Shown here: positions 30,392-39,029 of the stretch, piece by piece
How the letters are laid out: every line of letters starts with the position of its first letter
Numbering within the stretch: position 1 is the stretch's first letter
Position numbers and translations under genes: made by a program
Source of the DNA: an uncultured Bacteroidales bacterium
GTDB lineage: Bacteria; Bacteroidota; Bacteroidia; Bacteroidales; UBA10428
NCBI GenBank assembly: GCA_964492185.1
Contig: CAZBJH010000004.1
Location: 1-58,939, forward strand
Length of the DNA: 58,939 bases
Reading direction: 5' to 3'
The notes under the pieces: model-generated
What the model was told of the DNA's origin: nothing
The model's database searches: none
The model's input: the letters and a program-made list of their open reading frames with translations, nothing else

Positions 30392-30585
30392 GTGTCTGTC
30401 CATAATGTCCGATATCCGCGTTGCTGCTCACATTTTAAATCCTCGAATACTTTAGTATACCGCGGTTTAAAATGTTTTTCACAACGTTAATAATTTTTAA
30501 AGGTGTTCAAGAGCTCACTTCGTTCGGTTCGCGCACCTTGATCTCGAACATTCTGAACAAACACTACGAGTTTATAGACAGACTC
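30392..30585 (+). repeat. Family-A type I module (1 tandem unit). The core is 30392-30564, followed by a 19-nt solo-terminus tail, with TA at 30390, 30565 and 30586.
   Basis: GTGTCTGTCCATAATGTCCGATATCCGCG...GAACATTCTGAACAAACAC-TA-CGAGTTTATAGACAGACTC-TA. Confidence 0.9.
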
Positions 30586-30592
30586 TATGATA

Positions 30593-30756
30593 GAGTCTGT
30601 CTATAAACTGGGAAAATTGTTTAACCGGTCATGTGTCTGTTCATAAAGTTACATTTGCAAAGCTTGCGCAGTGCGGAAATGCGGAGTTTACCAGTCCGTA
30701 AATGAGCAATTTCCAGACAAGCGTAACGCGGCAAATGGGACTTTATGGACAGACAC
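30593..30756 (+). repeat. Family-A type III (30593-30632) plus type II hairpin (30633-30756) unit, TA-flanked (30591-30592 and 30757-30758).
   Basis: It is collinear with 20602-20764. Its right end abuts the mutA stop codon at 30759-30761. Confidence 0.9.
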
Positions 30757-30758
30757 TA

Positions 30759-32618
30759 TCATATACCCAGAATCGAATTAAAACGACTCAGTTCTTCAAC
30801 TATATTTGATTTTATATGAATAAAATAATCAATTCCCATTTGCTTCAATTCTTCCTTATTCTCCGGTGCACCTGCCACAACAATAATTTTCCCCCTTAGC
30901 TGATCCACAACCTCCGGAATAAAGCCGGAATATTCGTTGTCGGAACTGCAAACAACAACAATATCCGCGCCGGAGGAATCAGCAGCATCTATGCCCTCCT
31001 GAACATAAGTAAAGCCGGTATTGTCAATAATCCTGTATCCTGCACATGCAAAGAAATTGCCCGTGAAGGTAGCACGGGCTTTCCTCCAGATAGGATTTCC
31101 AATGGTCAGTAAGAACACAACCGGCTGTTTTCCCGATCGTTCGGTAGCCAGCCTAAGGCGTTCAATTTCTTCCGCCACTCTGCCCTGGTGCAGGGGCTTG
31201 ATTATAGTACCGTTGTGTTTTATGTGTCTGTCCGTTATTGCAGTATCAATCTGATCTGACATTATCTCTTCAGGATTGGCATATTTATTTGTTCCAATCA
31301 GCACTTCTTTTCGATCAGCAACATTCTTCACACGTGCCCGGGCAACCTGGTAAATACTGTCCTGGATTTTACCCTTCAGCAAACCTTTATGGAAGCCTCC
31401 CAGGTCTTCAATTTCAAGAAACAACTTCCAGGCTTCTTCAATAATTGAAGATGTCAGGTTTTCAATATAATAAGAACCCGCGGCGGGATCAATAACCTTA
31501 TCAAAATATGCCTCTTCCTTTAATATGATCTGTGTATTTCTGGCAATACGTTCAGAAAATTCCGAAGGCTTACTAAATGCACTGTCAAACGGGTGTACAT
31601 ATAATGAGTCTGTTCCCCCGATAATGGCTGACATTGATTCGGTAGTCGCCCTGAGCACATTCACATAAGGATCATAAATGGTTTTATTCCAACCGGAAGT
31701 TACAGAATGAATATACATAGCGGCATCCCGGATAAAAGACGGATGATAAGCATGAATAATTTTAGACCAAAGATAGCGGGCAGCCCTTATTTTGGCTATC
31801 TCCATGAAATAATTACAACCAACACCGAAAACAAACTGTATTGCCGGGAAAATATAATTGATTTTTAAACCTGCAACAGTCAGGCGGCTGATATACTCCA
31901 CGGCTTCGGACAAACTAAAAGCCAGTTCCTGCACGATGCCCGAGCCGGCATTGCTGAAATGGCAGCCATTAACGGTCAGTACCTTATAATCCGGAAGTTC
32001 ATTACGAGTCAGTGAGATCATATCAACCAGGACATTAAAATCATCCCGCTCAGATCGTTTAAAGTTACCTGTTAACAGGAGGTCGCCAAGAGGATCATAA
32101 TTCACCGAGCCGGAGATTTTGTTTTTATCAGATCCATGGTCATTTATATAGTCAATTAAGTACCCTATCATTTCCGAGGGGTTCAAAATACCGTTGAAAT
32201 GAATACCTGTTTTCCCGGGATCTATACCCTTCAGCAATTTTTTTAATTCCGCCTTGTTGATAGTTTTTTCTACCGGGAACGTGAATCCGAGAGCTGTAAC
32301 ACCTCTTGAAACAATAAACCGCGCCTTTTTATTTGCTTCCGTTATATTTCCGGCCTGTATATCCTGTCTTATCTCCCAGCTATTGTTTTTTTGCCTGCTT
32401 CCCCTGATAAAAGGATATCTGCCAGGCCTGCCTTCCAGGAAATCTTTGTCCTTCAAATGTTCATTCCGGTAATAGGGTTTAACCCTGATCCCTTCTAATG
32501 TATTCCATACAAGTTTTTTCTCATAATCAGCACCCTTCAGATCCTGAAGGATCTTTTCTTCCCACTCACGGGTACTCACCCCGGGAAATTCGATAAACAA
32601 CGTTTCTTTATTTTCCAT
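30759..32618 (-). CDS. mutA: Methylmalonyl-CoA mutase small subunit.
   Basis: It is a 619-aa paralogue of the large subunit (ERIARNTQIILKEE, AAGSYYIE) that lacks the DxHxxG motif. Confidence 0.85.
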   Translation of the reverse strand: MENKETLFIEFPGVSTREWEEKILQDLKGADYEKKLVWNTLEGIRVKPYYRNEHLKDKDFLEGRPGRYPFIRGSRQKNNSWEIRQDIQAGNITEANKKARFIVSRGVTALGFTFPVEKTINKAELKKLLKGIDPGKTGIHFNGILNPSEMIGYLIDYINDHGSDKNKISGSVNYDPLGDLLLTGNFKRSERDDFNVLVDMISLTRNELPDYKVLTVNGCHFSNAGSGIVQELAFSLSEAVEYISRLTVAGLKINYIFPAIQFVFGVGCNYFMEIAKIRAARYLWSKIIHAYHPSFIRDAAMYIHSVTSGWNKTIYDPYVNVLRATTESMSAIIGGTDSLYVHPFDSAFSKPSEFSERIARNTQIILKEEAYFDKVIDPAAGSYYIENLTSSIIEEAWKLFLEIEDLGGFHKGLLKGKIQDSIYQVARARVKNVADRKEVLIGTNKYANPEEIMSDQIDTAITDRHIKHNGTIIKPLHQGRVAEEIERLRLATERSGKQPVVFLLTIGNPIWRKARATFTGNFFACAGYRIIDNTGFTYVQEGIDAADSSGADIVVVCSSDNEYSGFIPEVVDQLRGKIIVVAGAPENKEELKQMGIDYFIHIKSNIVEELSRFNSILGI

Positions 32619-32696
32619 AACTTTAATCAGGTGTTCAGGTTGGTAAAAAATTTGTTAAAAATAATGGTATTGCCTGGTAATAGAAACAGATTCTGC

Positions 32697-33410
32697 TTAT
32701 AAACGATATATCAATCCGAAACTAATATTCATGTTTTGCAAATCCAATTCCAGGTCAGATTCCGTAATATCAATGTTATCACTTCCTACCGTGACCTCTT
32801 CCCTGATCAGGGTCTGCACGGCGCTGAAATAATATGAGAAAGCCATTCGTATTCCTGTTTGCCGGTTAAGGTTATAGCGTAAGGCGCTACCGGCCTTCCA
32901 GGCAAATGACAGATCCTGGCCACGAATGGCTCTTATATAGCTGTCCTTGTTGTCAACTGCAATAATCTCCAGTTTCGGAGGCAGAATAAATGCAACTCCC
33001 CCGTTTGCATTTAAATCAATAAACAGATTTCCCATTGGAAGGGTAACCTGCGGGCCTGCCAGTAATGAAACTGTAAACCATGTTCCGGCATTCATGGAAA
33101 TCTGATCTCCAGTGGCAGATATACCCCGTGGTATGGTTTCCTCAAGCAATTCCCGTGCAGCGCCTGCATTGACCTGATTTGAGCCGAAAGTAAAATTACC
33201 GTTAAAACCAAAATAGCGGTTCAGATAATATGCACCATGATAATCAGCCAGGAATCCGCGCCTGGCAAAACCATTGCTTGTAAGGTCTTCGCTTTCCGCG
33301 TACTGGCCTCTGGGATTTGTCGCTCCGAAAGAAATTGACATATAGTGGCGCTGAGCACAGATGAAAGAAGAGGAAAATAATAACAACAATCCGGAGATAA
33401 TAATTTTCAT
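32697..33410 (-). CDS. Outer membrane beta-barrel protein.
   Basis: It has a signal peptide (MKIIISGLLLLFSSSFICAQ) and an alternating beta-strand pattern. Confidence 0.6.
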   Translation of the reverse strand: MKIIISGLLLLFSSSFICAQRHYMSISFGATNPRGQYAESEDLTSNGFARRGFLADYHGAYYLNRYFGFNGNFTFGSNQVNAGAARELLEETIPRGISATGDQISMNAGTWFTVSLLAGPQVTLPMGNLFIDLNANGGVAFILPPKLEIIAVDNKDSYIRAIRGQDLSFAWKAGSALRYNLNRQTGIRMAFSYYFSAVQTLIREEVTVGSDNIDITESDLELDLQNMNISFGLIYRL

Positions 33411-33425
33411 GATCAATAAGTTTAT

Positions 33426-33465
33426 GTGTCCGTCTATAAAGTTGGCAAAATATTTAACCGGTCAT
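33426..33465 (+). repeat. Family-A type III module that overlaps the last 12 nt of fumC.
   Basis: GTGTCCGTCTATAAAGTTGGCAAAATATTTAACCGGTCAT aligns with 30593-30632 and 47887-47926. Confidence 0.8.
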
Positions 33466-34839
33466 TTTATCCGGATCTACCCAACGGTCAAAATCTTCTT
33501 CAGTAACCAGTCCCAGTTCCAGTGCAGCCTCCCTGAGGGTAGTGCCTTCTTTATAAGCTTTTTTTGCAATTTTTGCAGCATTTTCATACCCGATATGGGT
33601 ATTCAATGCAGTAACCAGCATCAATGAGTTTTCAAGATTTCTTTTTATAAGGCTATGGTTAGGCTCAATGCCAACTGCACAATTATCATTGAACGACAGG
33701 CAGGCATCACCCAGTAATCTGGCTGACTGCAACAGATTATGGATCATCACCGGTTTAAATACATTAAGTTCAAAATTACCGTTCATACCCCCGGTAGCTA
33801 TAGCAACATCATTTCCTGCAACCTGCACACATACCATCGTTAGTGCCTCTGCCTGTGTAGGATTAACCTTTCCCGGCATAATGGATGAGCCGGGCTCGTT
33901 TGCCGGAATGATGATCTCGCCTATACCGCTCCTGGGTCCGGAAGCCATTATACGAATATCATTAGCTATTTTCATAAGGCTCACCGCCAACTGCCTTAAT
34001 GCCCCCGAACATTCAACAATAGCATCATGTGCTGCAAGCGCTTCGAATTTATTCTCTGCCGACCGGAAAGGAAGATTGGTTAATTCCGCGATTTTCAAAG
34101 CTACAAGCTCTGAATAGCCCTTAGGTGTGTTGATCCCCGTACCAACGGCAGTGCCTCCCAGTGCCAGTTCTGAAAGGTGTGGCAGTGTGTTCTTCAGGGC
34201 TTTTATTCCATGGTCGAGTTGCGAAACATATCCTGAAAATTCCTGTCCAAGGGTCAGCGGTGTGGCATCCATCCAGTGTGTTCGACCGATTTTTACTATG
34301 TTATGAAATTCTGCAGATTTTTTCTTAAGTGTATCTTTCAGCTTTTCAATGCCGGGAAGCGTTATCTCCATGATCATTTTATAAGCTGCAATATGCATGG
34401 CTGTCGGGAATGTATCATTGGATGACTGTGATTTGTTCACATCATCATTTGGATGTATGAATTTTATATCATCATCAGGCTGACCGCCATGCAATACTTG
34501 TGAACGGTTGGCTATCACCTCATTAACATTCATGTTTGATTGCGTTCCCGACCCGGTCTGCCAGATAACCAGCGGGAAATGGCTGTCAAGCCTGCCATCA
34601 AGAATCTCATCACATACCCTGGAGATCAATGTAGCCTTTTCATTCTCCAGCACTCCAAGCTCAGCATTCGTAATAGCAGCTGCCTTTTTCAGGTAAGCAA
34701 AAGCCCTGATAATCTCCCCTGGCATTTTCTGATCACCTATCCTGAAATTATCCTTCGACCTCTGTGTTTGGGCTCCCCAGTATTTATCAGCAGGTACTTT
34801 TACCTGGCCCATTGTATCGCGTTCTATCCTGTATTGCAT
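33454..34839 (-). CDS. fumC: Class II fumarate hydratase.
   Basis: Contains the [13 protein letters not shown] signature and is 461 aa. Confidence 0.92.
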   Translation of the reverse strand: MQYRIERDTMGQVKVPADKYWGAQTQRSKDNFRIGDQKMPGEIIRAFAYLKKAAAITNAELGVLENEKATLISRVCDEILDGRLDSHFPLVIWQTGSGTQSNMNVNEVIANRSQVLHGGQPDDDIKFIHPNDDVNKSQSSNDTFPTAMHIAAYKMIMEITLPGIEKLKDTLKKKSAEFHNIVKIGRTHWMDATPLTLGQEFSGYVSQLDHGIKALKNTLPHLSELALGGTAVGTGINTPKGYSELVALKIAELTNLPFRSAENKFEALAAHDAIVECSGALRQLAVSLMKIANDIRIMASGPRSGIGEIIIPANEPGSSIMPGKVNPTQAEALTMVCVQVAGNDVAIATGGMNGNFELNVFKPVMIHNLLQSARLLGDACLSFNDNCAVGIEPNHSLIKRNLENSLMLVTALNTHIGYENAAKIAKKAYKEGTTLREAALELGLVTEEDFDRWVDPDKMTG

Positions 34840-34891
34840 AATGTCCGGTATCTGCGTTGCTGCTCACATTTTGCCAACTTTATTGACAAAC
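34837..34891 (+). repeat. Chimeric family-A mini-element: the type I 5' arm is fused to an inverted type III 5' arm.
   Basis: CATAATGTCCGGTATCTGCGTTGCTGCTCAC joins ATTTTGCCAACTTTATTGACAAAC. The junction lies in the heptamer ACATTTT, which both parent modules share. CAT at 34837-34839 is the fumC start codon. Confidence 0.75.
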
Positions 34892-34904
34892 TTTAAATAA
34901 TGCA

Positions 34905-35994
34905 TTATTTGTTACCAAATTCCATTAAATATGCTTTGATAAATTCATTCAATTCCCCGTCCATAACCGCCTGCACATTGCCGGTTTCATGATTGGTCCT
35001 CAAATCCTTCACCAACTTGTACGGATGCATAACATAATTACGGATTTGTGATCCCCATTCGATCTTTTTCTTTTGCCCTTCAACGGCTGCCTGCTTTTCT
35101 TTCTTTTTTCTCAACTCGATTTCATATAAATGAGAACGCAATATCCGCATGGCATTATCGCGGTTCTTTCCCTGTGAACGGGTTTCCGTGTTTTCCACTG
35201 TCAGACCGCTAGGTAAATGCTTTACCCTGACCCCTGTTTCCACTTTGTTCACATTTTGCCCACCGGCACCGCCTGATCTGAATGTATCCCACTCCAGATC
35301 AGCAGGGTTAATGACGATCTCTATATTCTCATCTATAACCGGGGAAACGAAAACCGAAGCAAATGAAGTATGCCGGCGTGCATTTGAATCAAAAGGTGAA
35401 ATCCTCACCAGCCGGTGCACACCGCTTTCCCCCTTCAGGTAGCCATATGCATACTCACCTGTTAACTCAAGTGTCACCGACTTGATACCGGCATCATCAC
35501 CCTGCAGGTAACTGATCTCCTTCACAGTATAATCATTACGTTCACCCCAGCGAATATACATGCGCATCAGCATTTCCGCCCAATCCTGGCTTTCAGTCCC
35601 TCCTGCACCGGCATTTATTTTCAGTATGGCGCTAAAAGCATCTTCCTTATCCCCCAGCATATTTTTGAACTCAAGATCTTCGATCTGACGAAGCACTTTG
35701 TTATATTGAGCTATCACTTCATCCTCACCTGCTTCCCCCTCTTCAAAAAAGTCTAATAAAACATGCAAATCATCAATACCTGTCGAAATTTTTTCAAATC
35801 CTCCGGTCCATGACTTAAGGCCTGCAATTTCTTTTAACTTAACTTCAGCCTCTTTGGGGTCATTCCAAAAATCCGGTGATTGGGACAATTCTTCTTTTTC
35901 CTTTATCAGTCTGTACTTGCCATCAATGTCAAAGATGCCTCCTTAGCGCTTCCCTGCGCCCGACTAATTCTTTGATCTGTTCGTTTGTAACCAT
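34905..35994 (-). CDS. prfB: Peptide chain release factor 2, requiring a +1 programmed frameshift (frame 0 is 35994-35932, frame +1 is 35930-34905).
   Basis: The GGQ ([11 protein letters not shown]) and SPF motifs are present. The upstream 21-codon [24 protein letters not shown] ends in CTT TGA C. Confidence 0.9.
35928..35943 (-). promoter_or_regulatory. prfB: prfB +1 frameshift site: AGGAGG-CAT-CTT-TGA-C.
   Basis: On the minus strand, the SD-like AGGAGG (35943-35938) lies 3 nt upstream of the slippery CTT (35934-35932). The in-frame TGA (35931-35929) and then C follow. Confidence 0.9.
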
Positions 35995-36165
35995 AATATC
36001 CCTGTTTTAATAATGCAGTAAATTTAACAATTAAATTCAAATGATCGATACCGTTCCGGAGCCATAATTGCCAACTGAAATTACAGCTTATGCAGCCTTA
36101 CATATCCTGCCGGCCTCTCTGCAAATAGAGTCTGCTATCTGTAAATACAAACAAATCCTTACAAA

Positions 36166-36630
36166 TTACCCAAGCTCCAGGTTGTCAATAATTTCATCTG
36201 ATAGTTGCTTCTCATAACCACGCTGGGCAGCAAAATGCAGCAGCTTCATTTTTATTCTGTAAAGGTCTTTCTCTTTGGTTGAAATATGCCTGAATTTACT
36301 GAGAAGCATATCCGATATCATTCCTTTGTATTCTTCTTCGTTAATATGTTTAAAAGCATTTTCAACATTTTCCGGATCAATTTGCTTCCCTTTTAAATGA
36401 TATCTTATTTTAATCCTGCCCCATTTATTCACCCGTATCTTTTCACGTACAAACAATTCTGCATACCTTCCGTTATCTACAAAACCATTTTTTTTAAGGT
36501 TATCAAGGATCTCATTAATGGCAAATTCCTCCATTCCCCAGCTTTTCAGCTTTAATATTACATCATATGAGCATTTTTCCTGCCGGCTGCAAATCTTCAT
36601 GATCCTGCTTAATGCTTTATTCTTTTCCAT
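36166..36630 (-). CDS. recX: Recombination regulator RecX.
   Basis: It is 154 aa with a three-fold helical repeat pattern typical of RecX (CSRQEKCSYDV..., NGFVDNGRYAELFV). Confidence 0.75.
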   Translation of the reverse strand: MEKNKALSRIMKICSRQEKCSYDVILKLKSWGMEEFAINEILDNLKKNGFVDNGRYAELFVREKIRVNKWGRIKIRYHLKGKQIDPENVENAFKHINEEEYKGMISDMLLSKFRHISTKEKDLYRIKMKLLHFAAQRGYEKQLSDEIIDNLELG

Positions 36631-36668
36631 AAATTAAAATTACATAATAATTCCAACCATACGAACCA

Positions 36669-36910
36669 GTGCCTGTCCATAATGTCCGATATCTGCATTG
36701 CTGCTCAATCGAACGAAGTGAGCTCTTGAACTCACTTTTAAATGAGTTCAAGAACTCACTTAAAAGTAAGCTCTTGAACACTTTTAAAAATAATTAACGT
36801 TGTGAAAACTTTTTAAATCCTCAAATACTTTAGTATACCGCGGTTTAAAATGTTCACGCGCCTTGATCCCGAACATTCTGAACAAACACTACGAGTTTAT
36901 CAACAGACTC
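36669..36910 (+). repeat. Family-A type I module with rearranged internal order (A-C'-B-D) and 3 tandem units.
   Basis: Segment 36708-36808 (tandem units plus TTAACGTTGTGAAAA) is inverted and lies before the B hairpin (36809-36853), unlike in the other copies. Confidence 0.8.
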
Positions 36911-36953
36911 TACCTACCATCCATGCATGCATCCTGCCTAACGCAACGAGCTC

Positions 36954-37829
36954 TCAACTGCCCGATTTCCATGCCCCTTTCACAAACCTGTCTTTACCAT
37001 GAATATCCCTGATCACCCTAACCTGCATATAACCCTCATCCTGAAAAATATCCTTTACTTCCTTCCCGAAAGATTCATTTATCTCAACATACACCACACC
37101 CGGTTTCTTAAGTATCTGTTTTCCTATATATGCAATTTTTCCGTACCATAATAAAGGGTTATTATCAGGAACAAATAATGCTTCTTCCGGCTCATAGTTC
37201 AGCACATTAGGCTGCATATCAGCCTTTTCCTTTTCTCTTACATATGGGGGATTGCTTATCAGTATATCATATCTTTGCGAAAAATGCTCTTCGCGGGCCG
37301 ACAAAAAATCAAGAAGTGAAAAACTGATTCCCACATTGTTAAGTTTTGCATTCCCTGATGCAACTTCAAGGGCATTTTCTGAAATATCACATGCATCAAT
37401 AACAGCTCCGGGAAGATTTCTTGCCAGACAAACAGCAATGCAGCCACTTCCCGTGCCAACATCCAGTATGCAGGGACCGGTACCTGCACAATCCTTCACT
37501 ACCCTGTCAACCAGCTCTTCGGTCTCCTGCCGGGGAATCATCACATGATCATTAACCCGGAAAGTAAGGCCGTAAAACTCAGTTTCTCCAAGTATATACT
37601 GTATCGGCCTGTGCCTTTTCAATCGTTCGGTAAATACATATATTTTTGCCATATTGTCCCTGGTAACAGGTTTTCCCTTATTTATATGAAGGTCAATCCT
37701 GGTATATCCGGCAAGATGTCCCAGGATCAGGTAAACAAATTGGTCAATTTCTTTATCAGGATAAATGTTTTTCAACGAATATTTAATATATTCCACCGCT
37801 GATTGTATTGTATGGTCAACTTCTTTCAT
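36954..37829 (-). CDS. prmC: Release-factor glutamine N5-methyltransferase. The start is trimmed to MKEVDHTIQ.
   Basis: Contains the NPPY motif (ISNPPYV) and the SAM-binding motif LDVGTGSGCIAV. Confidence 0.85.
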   Translation of the reverse strand: MKEVDHTIQSAVEYIKYSLKNIYPDKEIDQFVYLILGHLAGYTRIDLHINKGKPVTRDNMAKIYVFTERLKRHRPIQYILGETEFYGLTFRVNDHVMIPRQETEELVDRVVKDCAGTGPCILDVGTGSGCIAVCLARNLPGAVIDACDISENALEVASGNAKLNNVGISFSLLDFLSAREEHFSQRYDILISNPPYVREKEKADMQPNVLNYEPEEALFVPDNNPLLWYGKIAYIGKQILKKPGVVYVEINESFGKEVKDIFQDEGYMQVRVIRDIHGKDRFVKGAWKSGS

Positions 37830-37855
37830 ATTCAAATTTAACAAACAATTCAAGA

Positions 37856-38908
37856 GTGAGAAATACGGCAGATGATGAAAAATATATAAGTAGGTGCATT
37901 GAGCTTGCAAAAATGGGGCTGGGAAGTACTTCACCCAACCCCATGGTTGGGTCGGTTATAGTACATAATAAAAGGATCATTGGTGAAGGATATCATTACA
38001 GGGCGGGCGGTCCCCATGCCGAAGCAATTGCCATACGATCAGTTAAGGACAAGTCTGTCCTTAATAACTCAACTCTTTATGTCAATCTCGAACCTTGTGC
38101 ACACACGGGAAGAACACCACCATGCAGTGATCTGATCATTCAACATGCAATTCCCCGTATAGTGATAGGGACCATCGATCCCAATTCGCTTGTATCCGGA
38201 AAAGGTATCAAACGGTTAAAAGCTGCCGGAAGAACGGTGAAAACCGGCATCCTGGAAAAAGAATGCCGCCTTTTAAACAAAAGATTTTTCACTTTCCACG
38301 AAAAAAAGCGCCCTTATATAATTCTGAAATGGGCCCAAACGGCTGACGGTTTTATAGACGTAATCAGGGATAAAAACAGCCCCATTGGTATAAACTGGAT
38401 ATCCAACGAAATATCGCGCATGCTTGTTCATAAATGGCGTTCGGAAGAAGATGCCATTATGGTGGGTACAAACACTGCAGAGATCGACAATCCTATGTTA
38501 TCAACCCGCGAGTGGTATGGAAAATCACCCTTGCGTGTCGTGCTTGACAAAAATCTTAGGTTGCCCGGGCACAGCAGGCTTTACGACAAATCATTACCAA
38601 CCATTGTTTTTACGGAAAAAGATGCTGCACCTGAAAAGAATTTGCTTTACCGGAAGATCTCCTTTGGTGAAAACTTTTTCTCTGAAATGCTTACTTCACT
38701 TTGTGATATTGAAAAACAATCCCTGATAATCGAAGGAGGCAGGCAACTAATTAACAGTTTTATAAATCGTGATCTATGGGATGAAGCCAGAATTTTCGAG
38801 GGGACAAAGACTTTCAATCAGGGTATCATGGCCCCTGTTATTCCCGGTAAAGCAGATGAAATACAATATATAGGAGAAGACAGATTGATAATTTGCCATA
38901 ATAGCTGA
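37856..38908 (+). CDS. ribD: Bifunctional riboflavin biosynthesis deaminase/reductase RibD. The GTG start is proposed, and a TTG at 37808 is also possible.
   Basis: It has the CMP/dCMP deaminase zinc motif HAEAIAI...EPCAHTGRTPPC and a C-terminal RibD_C reductase domain. Confidence 0.88.
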   Translation: MRNTADDEKYISRCIELAKMGLGSTSPNPMVGSVIVHNKRIIGEGYHYRAGGPHAEAIAIRSVKDKSVLNNSTLYVNLEPCAHTGRTPPCSDLIIQHAIPRIVIGTIDPNSLVSGKGIKRLKAAGRTVKTGILEKECRLLNKRFFTFHEKKRPYIILKWAQTADGFIDVIRDKNSPIGINWISNEISRMLVHKWRSEEDAIMVGTNTAEIDNPMLSTREWYGKSPLRVVLDKNLRLPGHSRLYDKSLPTIVFTEKDAAPEKNLLYRKISFGENFFSEMLTSLCDIEKQSLIIEGGRQLINSFINRDLWDEARIFEGTKTFNQGIMAPVIPGKADEIQYIGEDRLIICHNS

Positions 38909-39029
38909 ACATTCTGGTATTTGGCTATCGGTTTTCAGACTATTTTTTCATTTTTTTGTATATTTGGTTGTAACCATCCGGCGCAATAATTAGTATAAGT
39001 GTTTGCTTTGAATACTAAACCACTTAACT

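Noticed and set aside
36126-36150. TA-GAGTCTGCTATCTGTAAATAC downstream of recX might be another degenerate family-A terminus.
   Set aside because: Only about 9 nt match before an indel, and there is no partner end or module body. This is too weak to call.
37808-37860. An FMN riboswitch might lie upstream of ribD.
   Set aside because: The ribD start lies within or adjacent to the divergent prmC coding start, which leaves no room for an RFN element of about 140 nt.
38051-38065. GTCTGTCCTTAATAA inside ribD resembles the family-A terminus GTCTGTCCATAA.
   Set aside because: It is a short match within a conserved coding region, without the rest of the terminus or a partner inverted copy. This is compatible with chance.
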